Shown: in pieces, positions 9,594 to 20,500 of the stretch
Position numbering within the stretch: the stretch's first letter is position 1
Layout of the letters: each line of letters starts with the position of its first letter
Virus record (IMG/VR): IMGVR_UViG_3300023084_000018
Span: 1-61,117 of that record
DNA length: 61,117 bases
Source: a virus
Lineage: Duplodnaviria > Caudoviricetes
Strand: one strand, 5' to 3'
Translations under genes and position numbers: made by a program
The notes under the pieces: generated by a model
Told to the model about the DNA's origin: nothing
The model's database searches: none
The model's input: the letters and a program-made list of their open reading frames with translations, nothing else

Positions 9594-9622
9594 ATATTAC
9601 TACAGGTTGTAAGAAAAGTCAA
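9594..9622 (-). promoter_or_regulatory. sigma70-like promoter
   Basis: TTGACT-17 nt-TAATAT. Confidence 0.7.
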
Positions 9623-9640
9623 CCAATAAATCCAGGTTTT

Positions 9641-9889
9641 TTAGCCAATTTCAGAATCTTCCAACTTTATTCCAATATTTTTAAAAAATAATGGAGCAGT
9701 TTTCATAAGTTCCTGTTTGATTTCGGCTGTGTAAAGGCTTATATCTTCTGGTTCAAATAAGACATCCACATTTTTGGACAATTTGTCATTGTAATAGTCT
9801 GTGATTGCATCAAGTAGTTTGTCTGCGATGGCTTTTTCCATGTACCACCAGTTTTTGCCAGAAGCAAAGTTTTTTAAATTAGCACTCAT
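9641..9889 (-). CDS. Hypothetical protein
   Basis: 82-aa ORF starting 4 nt downstream of clpP on the same strand. Confidence 0.65.
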   Translation of the reverse strand: MSANLKNFASGKNWWYMEKAIADKLLDAITDYYNDKLSKNVDVLFEPEDISLYTAEIKQELMKTAPLFFKNIGIKLEDSEIG

Positions 9890-9893
9890 ACAT

Positions 9894-10454
9894 TTATAGT
9901 ATATGATCTGCTAGTTTTAAGTCAACCATTTGTTTGGCTGTGAAATATTGGTCTGAAGGATTGTTAAATTTTTTACGTACTTCTGCTAATGGATATCCTG
10001 TAGCATCTCTTAGGATTTGCATTGATCTTTGCTCACAGTTTACATTTTCTTTCATTTGTGCTCTCATATCGTGCATTTTAGATTCCATTGCATCAGAATG
10101 TTGATGATTCATTATACCAGTGTTTTTACCAATGTATCTTTCACCTTGTTTGCCACTAGCAAAAATCAAAATACCAGCACTCATTACAGCACCAATGCCA
10201 ACAGTGGATATATGATGATAACTGTTTCTCATTACATCTACTAATGCAAATGTTTCATATAAGTCACCGCCAATTGTGTTGACATATAATTTTAGAGTTT
10301 TTTTTGGCTTTTTATTGATGTTACAAGCAAGAATCCATTTGATTGTTTTTGAAACATTTTCTTCACAGATTTCTCCATTGAGATAATGTATATCGTCATT
10401 TTGAAGTAGTATGTCTACTCGGTCTTCTGCTGAAAATGTATCAAGTTTTTTCAT
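9894..10454 (-). CDS. clpP: ClpP-like protease proteolytic subunit
   Basis: LYVNTIGG, GAVMSAG (Ser), IMNHQHS (His), SDQYFTA (Asp), KLADHIL. Confidence 0.88.
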   Translation of the reverse strand: MKKLDTFSAEDRVDILLQNDDIHYLNGEICEENVSKTIKWILACNINKKPKKTLKLYVNTIGGDLYETFALVDVMRNSYHHISTVGIGAVMSAGILIFASGKQGERYIGKNTGIMNHQHSDAMESKMHDMRAQMKENVNCEQRSMQILRDATGYPLAEVRKKFNNPSDQYFTAKQMVDLKLADHIL

Positions 10455-10541
10455 TGGTTAAATAGTATATGTTAATATGTTAATAACTTATTTATTTCAT
10501 CAAGTCAAGTAAATAGTTAAGTTAGCATATAAAGACAACAA

Positions 10542-10547
10542 TAAATA
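10542..10547 (+). promoter_or_regulatory. Late promoter TAAATA
   Basis: Upstream of SD AAGGA and the gp25 ATG. Confidence 0.55.
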
Positions 10548-10562
10548 TTTGCAAGGAAAAAC

Positions 10563-10988
10563 ATGGCATATTCTAGTTCAACATCGCAGATCACTTCAAC
10601 TGCAAACAGCAGTGAAAACACAGGTACAGCCCAAATATACAAGGGCTTTTCAACACTTTCTGGCAACAAGAGTAATATGCTGTATGATATTGACGTGGTC
10701 AAGCAAGATCTAATCAATCACTTTTACACAAGAAAAGGTGAAAGAGTAATGGAGCCAGAGTTTGGTTCAATTATTTGGGACTTGCTGTACGAACCACTTG
10801 ATGAAAGTGTTAAAGAAGATTTGATAGAAGATTGTTCAAGAATCATAAACACAGATCCAAGATGTGAATTATTAGATATTAATCTTGATTCATTTGGTAA
10901 CGGAATTAGAGTTGATATCAGCATTAATGTTTTACCATTTAACAAACAAGCAACAATGCAATTAGAATTTGAAAGAGAAACATTATAA
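10563..10988 (+). CDS. gp25: Baseplate wedge protein gp25 (GPW/gp25 family)
   Basis: TRKGERVMEPEFGSIIWDLLYEP...DPR. Confidence 0.92.
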   Translation: MAYSSSTSQITSTANSSENTGTAQIYKGFSTLSGNKSNMLYDIDVVKQDLINHFYTRKGERVMEPEFGSIIWDLLYEPLDESVKEDLIEDCSRIINTDPRCELLDINLDSFGNGIRVDISINVLPFNKQATMQLEFERETL

Positions 10989-13900
10989 TGAGTCAGATAG
11001 TAAGACAAAACAATTTATTTGCCGCAGAAGAATGGAGAACAGTTTATAGAAGTTTTTCACAAGCCAACTTTACAGCATATGATTATGATTCAATCAGATC
11101 AACTATGCTTAATTACATTTCAGTTAACTATCCTGAAGATTTTAATGACTATATTCAATCAAGTGAATTTATTGCTATCATAGATTTACTTGCATACCTA
11201 GGTCAAAGTATTGCATTCAGAACAGATTTAAACTCAAGAGAAAATTTCTTAGACACAGCAGAAAGAAGAGATTCAATTATAAGATTAGCAAAACTAATCA
11301 ACTACAGAATAAAAAGAAATGTACCTGCAAGAGGCATTTTAAAACTTACAAAAATTTCAACAACAGAACCAATTGAAGATTCAAACGGAAACAACTTGTC
11401 AAATTTAACAATCAATTGGAATGATCCAACTAATGCTGACTGGTACGACCAATGGTTAACTATAGCAAACTCTTTATTTGTTTCTACAAACCAATTTGGT
11501 AATCCGTCATCAAAAGGCATTGTTGGTGGCATCAACACAGAAATTTACAACGTTAATTCTCAAACTGATACCAGTGTGGTAAAACCTTTTTCAGCAAAAG
11601 TAGATGGTATCAACACAAAAATTGAAGTTGTTAAATCACAAATCAACACTGATGGTTACTTAGAAGAAAGATCCCCAGACCAAACAGATGCGTTCACTAT
11701 GATATACAGAAATGACAACCAAGGGTTTGGTTCAACAGACACTGGTTTCTTTGTATATTTCAAAGAAGGTGAAATGGAATATGAAGATCAATTCTTTTCA
11801 ACACCATTGCCTAACAGAACAGTTTCTATTAACAAATCAAATGTCAACGATTTAGATGTTTGGGTACAAAAAGTTAATGCATCAGGTGTACCATTAGAAA
11901 AATGGAAAAAAATTCCTTCATTATTTGGTCAAAATGCAATTTACAATTCATTGGCTCTAGCAGAAAGAAATGTTTTTAACGTGCAATCAGAAAACAATGA
12001 CAAAGTTAAAATTTTATTTGCTGATGGTAATTTTGGTACAGCACCCAAAGGCAACTTTAGAGTTTGGTACAGAAGAAGCTCAGGCAAAGGTCAAATACTA
12101 AGAGCAAACAGAATTCAAAATCAAGAAATTAATGTGACTTATTTGAATAAAGCAGGTCAAGAATATGTGGCAACATTAAGTTTAACACTAACTTACACAG
12201 TCAACAATTCTTCTGACACTGAAACTAATACAAACATTAAGAACAATGCATCAGTGGCGTTCTATACACAAGACAGAATGGTTAATGCAGAAGATTATGC
12301 TATTTTTCCTTTAACACAATCGCAAACTATTCAAAAGATTAAAACAATCAATAGAACGCACATTGGTCATTCAAGATATTTAGACACAAACGATCCAACA
12401 GGCACAGTGAAAAGTTTAAATGTGTTTGGCGAAGATGGCATCTTGTATAAAAATCCAAACTTTAATTTAGACACAGAAGATATTACAGGAATAGTTTCTG
12501 ATAGTTCTAGTTACACTTACATTGTTGACAATGTGTTAGAGCCTTTGTTAAAAAAATCACAATTGAAAAACTTTTATTTTGACACTTACAAAACAGCAGT
12601 CGAAACCAATTACACAAATTTAAGTAACTCTGATAAACAATTTGAAATGGATTTAATATCAGTTAACCAAGTTGCTTGGCAACCATATCCGGTTACTGGA
12701 GCATCAAATAACGGATTCTTTTACATTGGTAATGCACCAATACTAGCAACAGGCAGACCAAACACAGCTCAGTTGATTACTGTGTTTAACAATCCATACA
12801 CCGGCAATGACAAATTAGCATTTATTAGACCAGGTGCAAAATTAGAATTTGTTGACAGTTATACAAATCCTACTGTTATTAAATGGTCTACAGTTGTTAG
12901 TATAACAAACGATGGTTCTATTCTTAACAGTGAAACATCAGGTTCTATCACACTTGATGAGTCAATCACTGCTGGTTTAAAAGTAAGAACAATATTACCA
13001 GCATTTAGGACAGCATTGTCATTGAATGAAAAAGCATCAATACAAGCACAAATGGAATCAGGTCTAGACTTTGGCATTGGTTATCATTTCAGAGACCCTT
13101 CGTTAAATGAAAATAACTGGTATGTTATAAACGAAGACTTTATTGATACATCGTCTGATTTTTCAGTACAATACCATGACACATTTGGTGGCTATAATTC
13201 GTTAGGTCAAGATGCATCATGGTTACTAAGAGCATCTTATGTACCTGCATCAAGTACAGGTGCAAGTGCAAAATATGTTTTCACAATTAGAGGCTTAGAA
13301 TATGTTTTTGAAAGTGCCGAAGAAGTGAGATTTTATTATGTTGACAAATACAAAAATATTAGTACACAAACAGGTCAAGCAATTAAAGATACAATTAAAA
13401 TACTGGACATAAACAAAGACAACACAATACTGTCTAATCCGTCAAGTACTACACAGTTAACAAATCCTGTAACATTTGAACTGGTAGAAGAATTTGTTGA
13501 ACAAGATGGATACATTGATACTAAAAAAGTTAAAATTGCTAATTTAGATTCTGACAATGATGGTATGCCTGATAACCCACTAGGTCATGAACGATTGCTT
13601 GATGATTCATATTATGTATTTTTTAACAGTTACACTGATTATGACAATTACACTTATTACAAAATCAATCATGATGTATCAGTTGTGAGTGTATTAACAG
13701 GCACAGGATTAGAATTTTTAACAACTGATGAACAGTTTTATTTTAACAATACAAAACTAACAAATGGTACTGCAAATTCTTATACAAAACGATATGGAGT
13801 AAATGGTGATACTATTTACAAAGCATACATTGGAAGAACAGCAAATACAAACGAACCTTTTTATTTTCAGCACAAACATTCAGCACCAAGATCACAACGT

Positions 13901-14497
13901 GTTGATCCAAGTGTATCAAACATAATTGAAATGATTATTTTACAAACAGCATATTATACTGATGTACAAAACTGGTTTAAAGCAGGTAAAACATTATCTG
14001 AATTACCTTTACAACCAACATCAACTGAATTAAAATCTTCATTATTAGAATTAGAAAAATATAAAACTATTGGTGATCAAATAGTTTATTCTCCAGCTAA
14101 ATTTAAGTTGTTGTTTGGTTCAACTGCAAATGTGGCTAATCAAGCATCATTTAGAATTGTAAAAATTCCTGGTGCAACATTTACAGATAATCAAATTAAG
14201 ACAAGTGTTATAAATGCTATCAATAATTATTTTACAATTGGTAATTGGGATTTTGGTGATACATTTTTCTTTACTGAACTAGCAACGTATATACACAACC
14301 AGCTGTCTTCACAAATTTCGTCAGTGGTTATTGTGCCAAGAGATAGCGAATCAAAATTTGGTAACTTATTTCAAGTAAGAGCAGAACCAAATGAATTATT
14401 CTTTTCGACTGCTTCTGTTAATGATGTTGAAATAATTACCGGATTAACCGGCAACAGCTTAAATCCATCTTACACCGGTGTAGGTAGCGGGAGTTAA
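10988..14497 (+). CDS. gp6: Baseplate wedge protein (T4 gp6/baseplate J-like)
   Basis: DYDSIRSTM, IDLLAY, ENFLDTAERRDSIIRLAKLINY, FADGNFG, QDRMVNAEDY. Confidence 0.88.
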   Translation: MSQIVRQNNLFAAEEWRTVYRSFSQANFTAYDYDSIRSTMLNYISVNYPEDFNDYIQSSEFIAIIDLLAYLGQSIAFRTDLNSRENFLDTAERRDSIIRLAKLINYRIKRNVPARGILKLTKISTTEPIEDSNGNNLSNLTINWNDPTNADWYDQWLTIANSLFVSTNQFGNPSSKGIVGGINTEIYNVNSQTDTSVVKPFSAKVDGINTKIEVVKSQINTDGYLEERSPDQTDAFTMIYRNDNQGFGSTDTGFFVYFKEGEMEYEDQFFSTPLPNRTVSINKSNVNDLDVWVQKVNASGVPLEKWKKIPSLFGQNAIYNSLALAERNVFNVQSENNDKVKILFADGNFGTAPKGNFRVWYRRSSGKGQILRANRIQNQEINVTYLNKAGQEYVATLSLTLTYTVNNSSDTETNTNIKNNASVAFYTQDRMVNAEDYAIFPLTQSQTIQKIKTINRTHIGHSRYLDTNDPTGTVKSLNVFGEDGILYKNPNFNLDTEDITGIVSDSSSYTYIVDNVLEPLLKKSQLKNFYFDTYKTAVETNYTNLSNSDKQFEMDLISVNQVAWQPYPVTGASNNGFFYIGNAPILATGRPNTAQLITVFNNPYTGNDKLAFIRPGAKLEFVDSYTNPTVIKWSTVVSITNDGSILNSETSGSITLDESITAGLKVRTILPAFRTALSLNEKASIQAQMESGLDFGIGYHFRDPSLNENNWYVINEDFIDTSSDFSVQYHDTFGGYNSLGQDASWLLRASYVPASSTGASAKYVFTIRGLEYVFESAEEVRFYYVDKYKNISTQTGQAIKDTIKILDINKDNTILSNPSSTTQLTNPVTFELVEEFVEQDGYIDTKKVKIANLDSDNDGMPDNPLGHERLLDDSYYVFFNSYTDYDNYTYYKINHDVSVVSVLTGTGLEFLTTDEQFYFNNTKLTNGTANSYTKRYGVNGDTIYKAYIGRTANTNEPFYFQHKHSAPRSQRVDPSVSNIIEMIILQTAYYTDVQNWFKAGKTLSELPLQPTSTELKSSLLELEKYKTIGDQIVYSPAKFKLLFGSTANVANQASFRIVKIPGATFTDNQIKTSVINAINNYFTIGNWDFGDTFFFTELATYIHNQLSSQISSVVIVPRDSESKFGNLFQVRAEPNELFFSTASVNDVEIITGLTGNSLNPSYTGVGSGS

Positions 14498-14502
14498 TTT
14501 TA

Positions 14503-17500
14503 ATGGCTGATAAAGTAAGCACAAAATTACCTGAGTTTTTACAAACTGCAAAATTAAAAAACTTTTTTGATGGCACAGTAGAACAAGTATTTTCTAAAGC
14601 TCAAAATGAAAAAGTCACTGAGTGGATTGGTAGAAAATATGGTACATATTATAACCCATTCAAAGACAATTACAAAATAGAAAAAAACAATTCTAGACAA
14701 AATTATCAATTAGAAACTACAGCAGTATTAAAAGATCCTGCAAACTTACAAACAATTGACACAGTTTTCTTTACTGAAGCTCTTGACTATATAACTCATG
14801 AAAATGGTAAAACTAATAATCAAAATAGATTATTTGGTCAAAACTATTATTCATACGGTCCGCCAATTGATTATGATAAATTTTTAAACTATGAAAACTA
14901 CTATTGGTATCCAAGTCTTGATTCAGGTGTACCAACTGTTGTTGTTGCAGGTAAAACTGAACAATTTATAGTTGCCGCAAATCAAACAACTTTTACTTTA
15001 TCATATCCAATTGGTGCCCATGATACGGTTCAAGTTAACGGTGTTGCTACAGTTGATTATCAAACAACAGGGTTAACTTTAGATTTTTCTTCTAGCAGTA
15101 TTGTTTTAAATGCTGGTGATAATATTTCAGTTACTTATAAAATAGATCCAGATGATATTGTTGGTTTAAAAAATTATACATCACCAAATGGTATAGCATT
15201 TACGTCTGGATTATTAATTGAATTTTCATCTGCATCATTAACAAATTCAAATTATCAAGACAAAAAATATTTTATAGAAGGGATCAAAAGCAAAAATGGA
15301 ATATTTTTTGTTGAAACCAGTAGTGAAACAGAATTATTTTTAGATGAAAAATTTCTGCCATGGGATCCGTCAAATACACAAGGTACATCATCAACTACAG
15401 AAGGTTGGGACTCTACAAGGTATGACACAGTACCTGCAATTGAAAATCCAGACTATATCACAATAGCAAGAGGATCAAAAGATAAAAACCCTTGGTCTCG
15501 AACTAACGGATGGGTACACAAAGATGTAATTACAGCATACAAAGACTTTCAAGAAGAAGTTACTGTATTTCATCCGTGGGACAGTGTTACATCAGTAATT
15601 AGTGGCTGGGACGATGGTTATTGGGATAGTACAACAGAGTTTCAAGCAGGAGTATTTCAATTAGATGTTAACAGAAAAGGAAAACGTCCTATTCTTGAAT
15701 TTGAAAAAGATATAAGATTATTTGATTATGGTGAAGATCATGTTTACACAGTGGATGTGTTGGCAGTGTCAGACACAGTTGACAGTATAAATGGTCAAGC
15801 AAATTATAGAGTTGACGATATTGATTTGCGTGATGGCATGAAAATACTATTTGTTAATACAAATTTTCAAACAACATTAACTGAATGGTCTGGTGATAGT
15901 TACCCATGGGATCATGATATTGATCTTGACGGAACTAGTGATGTTGGATGGGATATCACTGGAGCAGACTTTGATGTATCAAGTTCAATCTGGGAAGTAT
16001 CAGGTGTTGGTTCATCAATATCATTAACAAAAGTTTCTGGTATTACAGTTCAAGACTACAGTAAAGTGACTGTAAAATTAGGTTTAGCAAATGCTGGTAA
16101 AGAATACTATTGGACTGGTTATGCTTGGGATCTAGCACAGCAAAAACAAGGATTAAATCAGGCTCCGTTGTTTGCATTATATGATAGCAGTGGTAAAGCA
16201 CTTGACGATTTGGTTCAATATCCTAATAGTAGTTTTGCTGGAAACAAAATATTTGGTTACAAGGTTGGCACTGGTGCTGTTGATGATGTTTTAGGTTTTT
16301 CACCACATTATTCTTTATACAATTCAATAAGCAATTATGAATTTGAAAACTTTTTAAATTCTGAAACAGCATTAACTGGTTTTAAATATTACAAGCAATA
16401 CGATTATAAAAATATTTTAAATGATACTATGGAATTAGATGTTGCTGTTAATCCTGCATTTACAGTTTCTGGTAATAGATTTTACATTAACAATGTAAAA
16501 CAACAGACAGTTATTTTTCAAAAAAATAACACTTACAGATTTATACTTGATGATTCATCATTTTCTAATAATGGGTATACTCAAACATATCATCCATTTT
16601 TGTTTAGTTCTGTAAATGATGGAACACACAATTCTGGATCAACATATAGCACTGGCATAAAATATTATCTTGATGACGTAGAAGTTACTGAACTTGTGTT
16701 TAAATCAAATTCATTTAATTCAGCTAAAACAAGATATTTAGAAATCACACCTACAGCATCAACTCCAGACACGTTGTATTACTACTGTCATAATCATGCT
16801 GGCATGGGTGGTAAAATTAATATAATTGATAATCAATATACAACTATTGCTGACAAAACTGAAACAAATTATTATAACGAATGGAGAGCTGTTGAAGATA
16901 AATCCAATCAAAAACTAATTCAAGAATTTGAAACTGATGAATATTCAATTAAAAATAATTTTGATTTAGATGTTGTAATAGCAAACGACAACAGTGTAGA
17001 AGTATATGTTGACAACCAATTAAAAATATTAAACACAGATTATGAAATTCGTTTAGGAAAATATATTAAATTCACAAATGATCTTGAAAATCACAAACAC
17101 TTATTGATTAAATTTCATACTAACGATGTTGACACAGTGTTATCAAGAGCATACTACGAAATACCAAAAAACTTGTCTAATAATGCATCAAACAACGATG
17201 TTACTAGTTACAGTTACAGCAATTTACTTAATCATTTTTCATCTGGTATACAAAATCAAAATGACATAGTAGGACTTGCATTAGGTAATAACTCATACAG
17301 AGATACTGAAAAAAATGTATCATTGTGTGAACATATTTTACAACACAATGCTCCATTATTAAAGTTTATGACTCATGTCAATAATGATGATTTAGACATT
17401 GCAAAAGCAATTAAATTTTCACAATCTGAATATGTTAGATTTAAAAATAAATTTTTAAAAACATTAGAAAAAGTAAACAGAGACAATGACATTAATTCAT

Positions 17501-20500
17501 GGTCTGGTAAACAAATAGTTGATGAGGCTTTAAAAATAATAAATGTAAATAAAAAATCAACTGATAACTGGGCATACAGTATGATGCTTTCATATGGTGA
17601 AACAGGTTCTAGAACAACATATCCAATTACAGCATCAAATAAAACATGGACACAAAGTTTTGGTTCAACATTATCATTTGTACAAAACGCAACATTGTCA
17701 CAACAGTTAGTTGGTGCACCTGGTCTTGAAATTGATATCACTTATAACCCAATAACAGACAAAGATACAAAATCATTATATGTTTATAAAAATGATGTTT
17801 TACTTTTAATGAATGTTGATTATGTTATAGACAATGCGGACGGCACAAAAATTGTTTTTATAGGCCCTGGCAAACCAATCATTGGAGATACTGTTTATGT
17901 TGATTACTTTGAAACAAAACAACCAGTTTGGATTCCGGCTACACCGGCCAAATTAGGAATTGCACAGTCATATGTACCACAAACAATTATTGATTCAAAT
18001 TACAGCAGTGGCACACAAAGATTCACACAAGGACATGATGGTTCGCTAACTTTAAAATATAATGATTATAGAGATACAGCATTAATAGAACTTGAAAAAA
18101 GAATTTATAATGGTATTGAAACTAAATTTATTGACCCAGATTATGTGCCTTCAATGGCATACCAAACTGTAATTGGCAATTACTTTAACAAAAAAGATTA
18201 CAGTTATGAAGAATATGTACAAGCGATAAGAAACAGAGCATATGATTGGGGAATACAAAATCTAGTTGAAATGCGAGTAAACAGCACTTATGATTCAAGT
18301 GATTGGAAAACTTGGAACTACAGTTCTGTTACTAACATATCAGATGATCCAACACCAGGTCACTGGAGAGGCATATACAAAAAGTTTTACGGAACACATA
18401 GACCTGATTCACACCCATGGGAGATGTTAGGATTTTCAATCAAACCAATATGGTGGGATTCAACATATTCATGGGTAAATGTAGACAAAAGAAAAACACT
18501 GTTAAATGATATTGAAAAAGGAATTATTAGATTAGGCGAAAGAGCAAATTTTGTTGACAACACTTACACTGATAAAAATAATCCTTATAGACATGATAAT
18601 TTTTCAAACTATGTGCCAGTTGATTTACAAGGTAATATAAAATCCCCTAAAGATATTGGATTGATATCTACAGACCCAACATCAATTGAAGCCAAAAAAG
18701 ATTGGAAGTTAGGAGATATATCACCTGCAGAGTTGGCTTTTATGATTAACAGTTCATACAATTTTGCATTTACAAAAACACTGTTAGTTTTAAAACCAGC
18801 AGAATTTTGTGAAGCAATGTTTGATACTTTAAATGTTTCAACAGCAGAAGCAAATCCAAAACAAATATATTCAAGCAACAGCAGTAAACGTACAAACAAC
18901 AATGTTTATGTTCATCGCGAATTAACCAATACAAACGAAGTAGTTATTGGCTACGGTTACAATCATTATGTTTCAGAAAGACTACTAAACGAAACCAAAG
19001 ACATAAGCACACTATACGGCGGTAGAATTAGAAATGTACAACCACAACTAGGTATCAAACAAGCATCGTATATTGACTTTGATTCTTTAAAAGTACAATC
19101 TGAAGCATACTCGCCTGATTCACTAACATCAAGTATCTTTTTACCAGAAACCAATGTTGTTTCGTTTGTTCACCAAGGACAAGGCTTAGGTAAAAAAGCA
19201 TATTCAGGAGTTATTGTTGAAAAAACGTTAACTGGTTATAAAGTGCATGGTTACGATGCTGGTGCAAATTATTTTACTACAACAGTCAGTGACAAAAATG
19301 GATCGTCAGCACCTGTTTCAGTTGGGGGTAAGCCAGTTGATACACCACCATTCTCCACAGGTACAATTTTAAGTGTTGGTCAGTATATCAAATTTGAAGG
19401 GCAAGTTTATAAAACCACAAAAGCACACACTACTGGCAGTAATTTTGATCCTAATAATTTTCAATCAGTTGCACAGATACCAATGGAAGGCGGTGCGGCT
19501 GTAACTTATTATAGAAATGTTGTAAGAAATAAATTACAAAATTTTGAATACGGTACTGAATTTGATTCAATTCAAGATCTATTTGATTTCTTAATCAACT
19601 GGGGTAGGTATCTTGAAGACCAAGGTTGGATATTTGACACACAAAATAACAGAATTAGAGAAACATATAATTGGTTATATTCAGCAAAAGAATTTTTATT
19701 CTGGAGTTTAGGAGATTGGGAAGCAGGTTCAATCATAACCCTGTCTCCTTTAGCAAATGAAGTATCATTTGAACCCACTAGCGGTATTGTAGCAAATGTT
19801 GAAGATCAAATTGGAGACAGTTATGCTATTTTAGATAGAGGCGGATTCCCAATTGAAACAGCAAATACAACTGTAATTAGAGACGGAAGAAAAATTTCAA
19901 TCACTGTTGATGACAACACTCCAATTTATTTTGTAAAATTATTCACAAGAGAAATTGAACATGTGACTATATTTGACAATGTGACATCATTTGGTGATGT
20001 CATATACGATCCAATACTTGCATTAAGACAACCAAGACTAAAACAAACAGTGTTAAGAACAACTGACTGGCTTGGTAAGTTAGAAGCAAATGGTCATTTG
20101 ATTACTAACACAGGTATTGTCAGTAACTTTGATACTTCTGCTAAAGATATACAAACGTATCTTGATGTGGACACTACAACCAACAACGAAGATCTCAACA
20201 AAGCAGGCTTACACACAATAGGATATCAGTCAAGAGATCATTTAGACAATTTAGAAATTATTGATGAAAACCAAGTTAGATTCTATCAAGGCTTTATCAA
20301 ACAAAAAGGTTCACAAAATGCAATTGATAGATTGTTACGTAGTGACAAAGTTTTAGATAATCAAGATATATCTATCTACGAATACTATGCAATCAAATTA
20401 GCAGACTTTGGTGGTAGTGCAATTAATCAATCAATTGAAGTTAATTTAGGCAATGAAGAGATTAAAACCAATCCACAAATTATACAATTTTTACCTAAAA

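Noticed and set aside
2857-14497. Bacterial T6SS/eCIS or prophage interpretation
   Set aside because: gp46/gp47/gp55 and late promoter boxes indicate a lytic T4-superfamily phage; no integrase or T6SS membrane complex seen.
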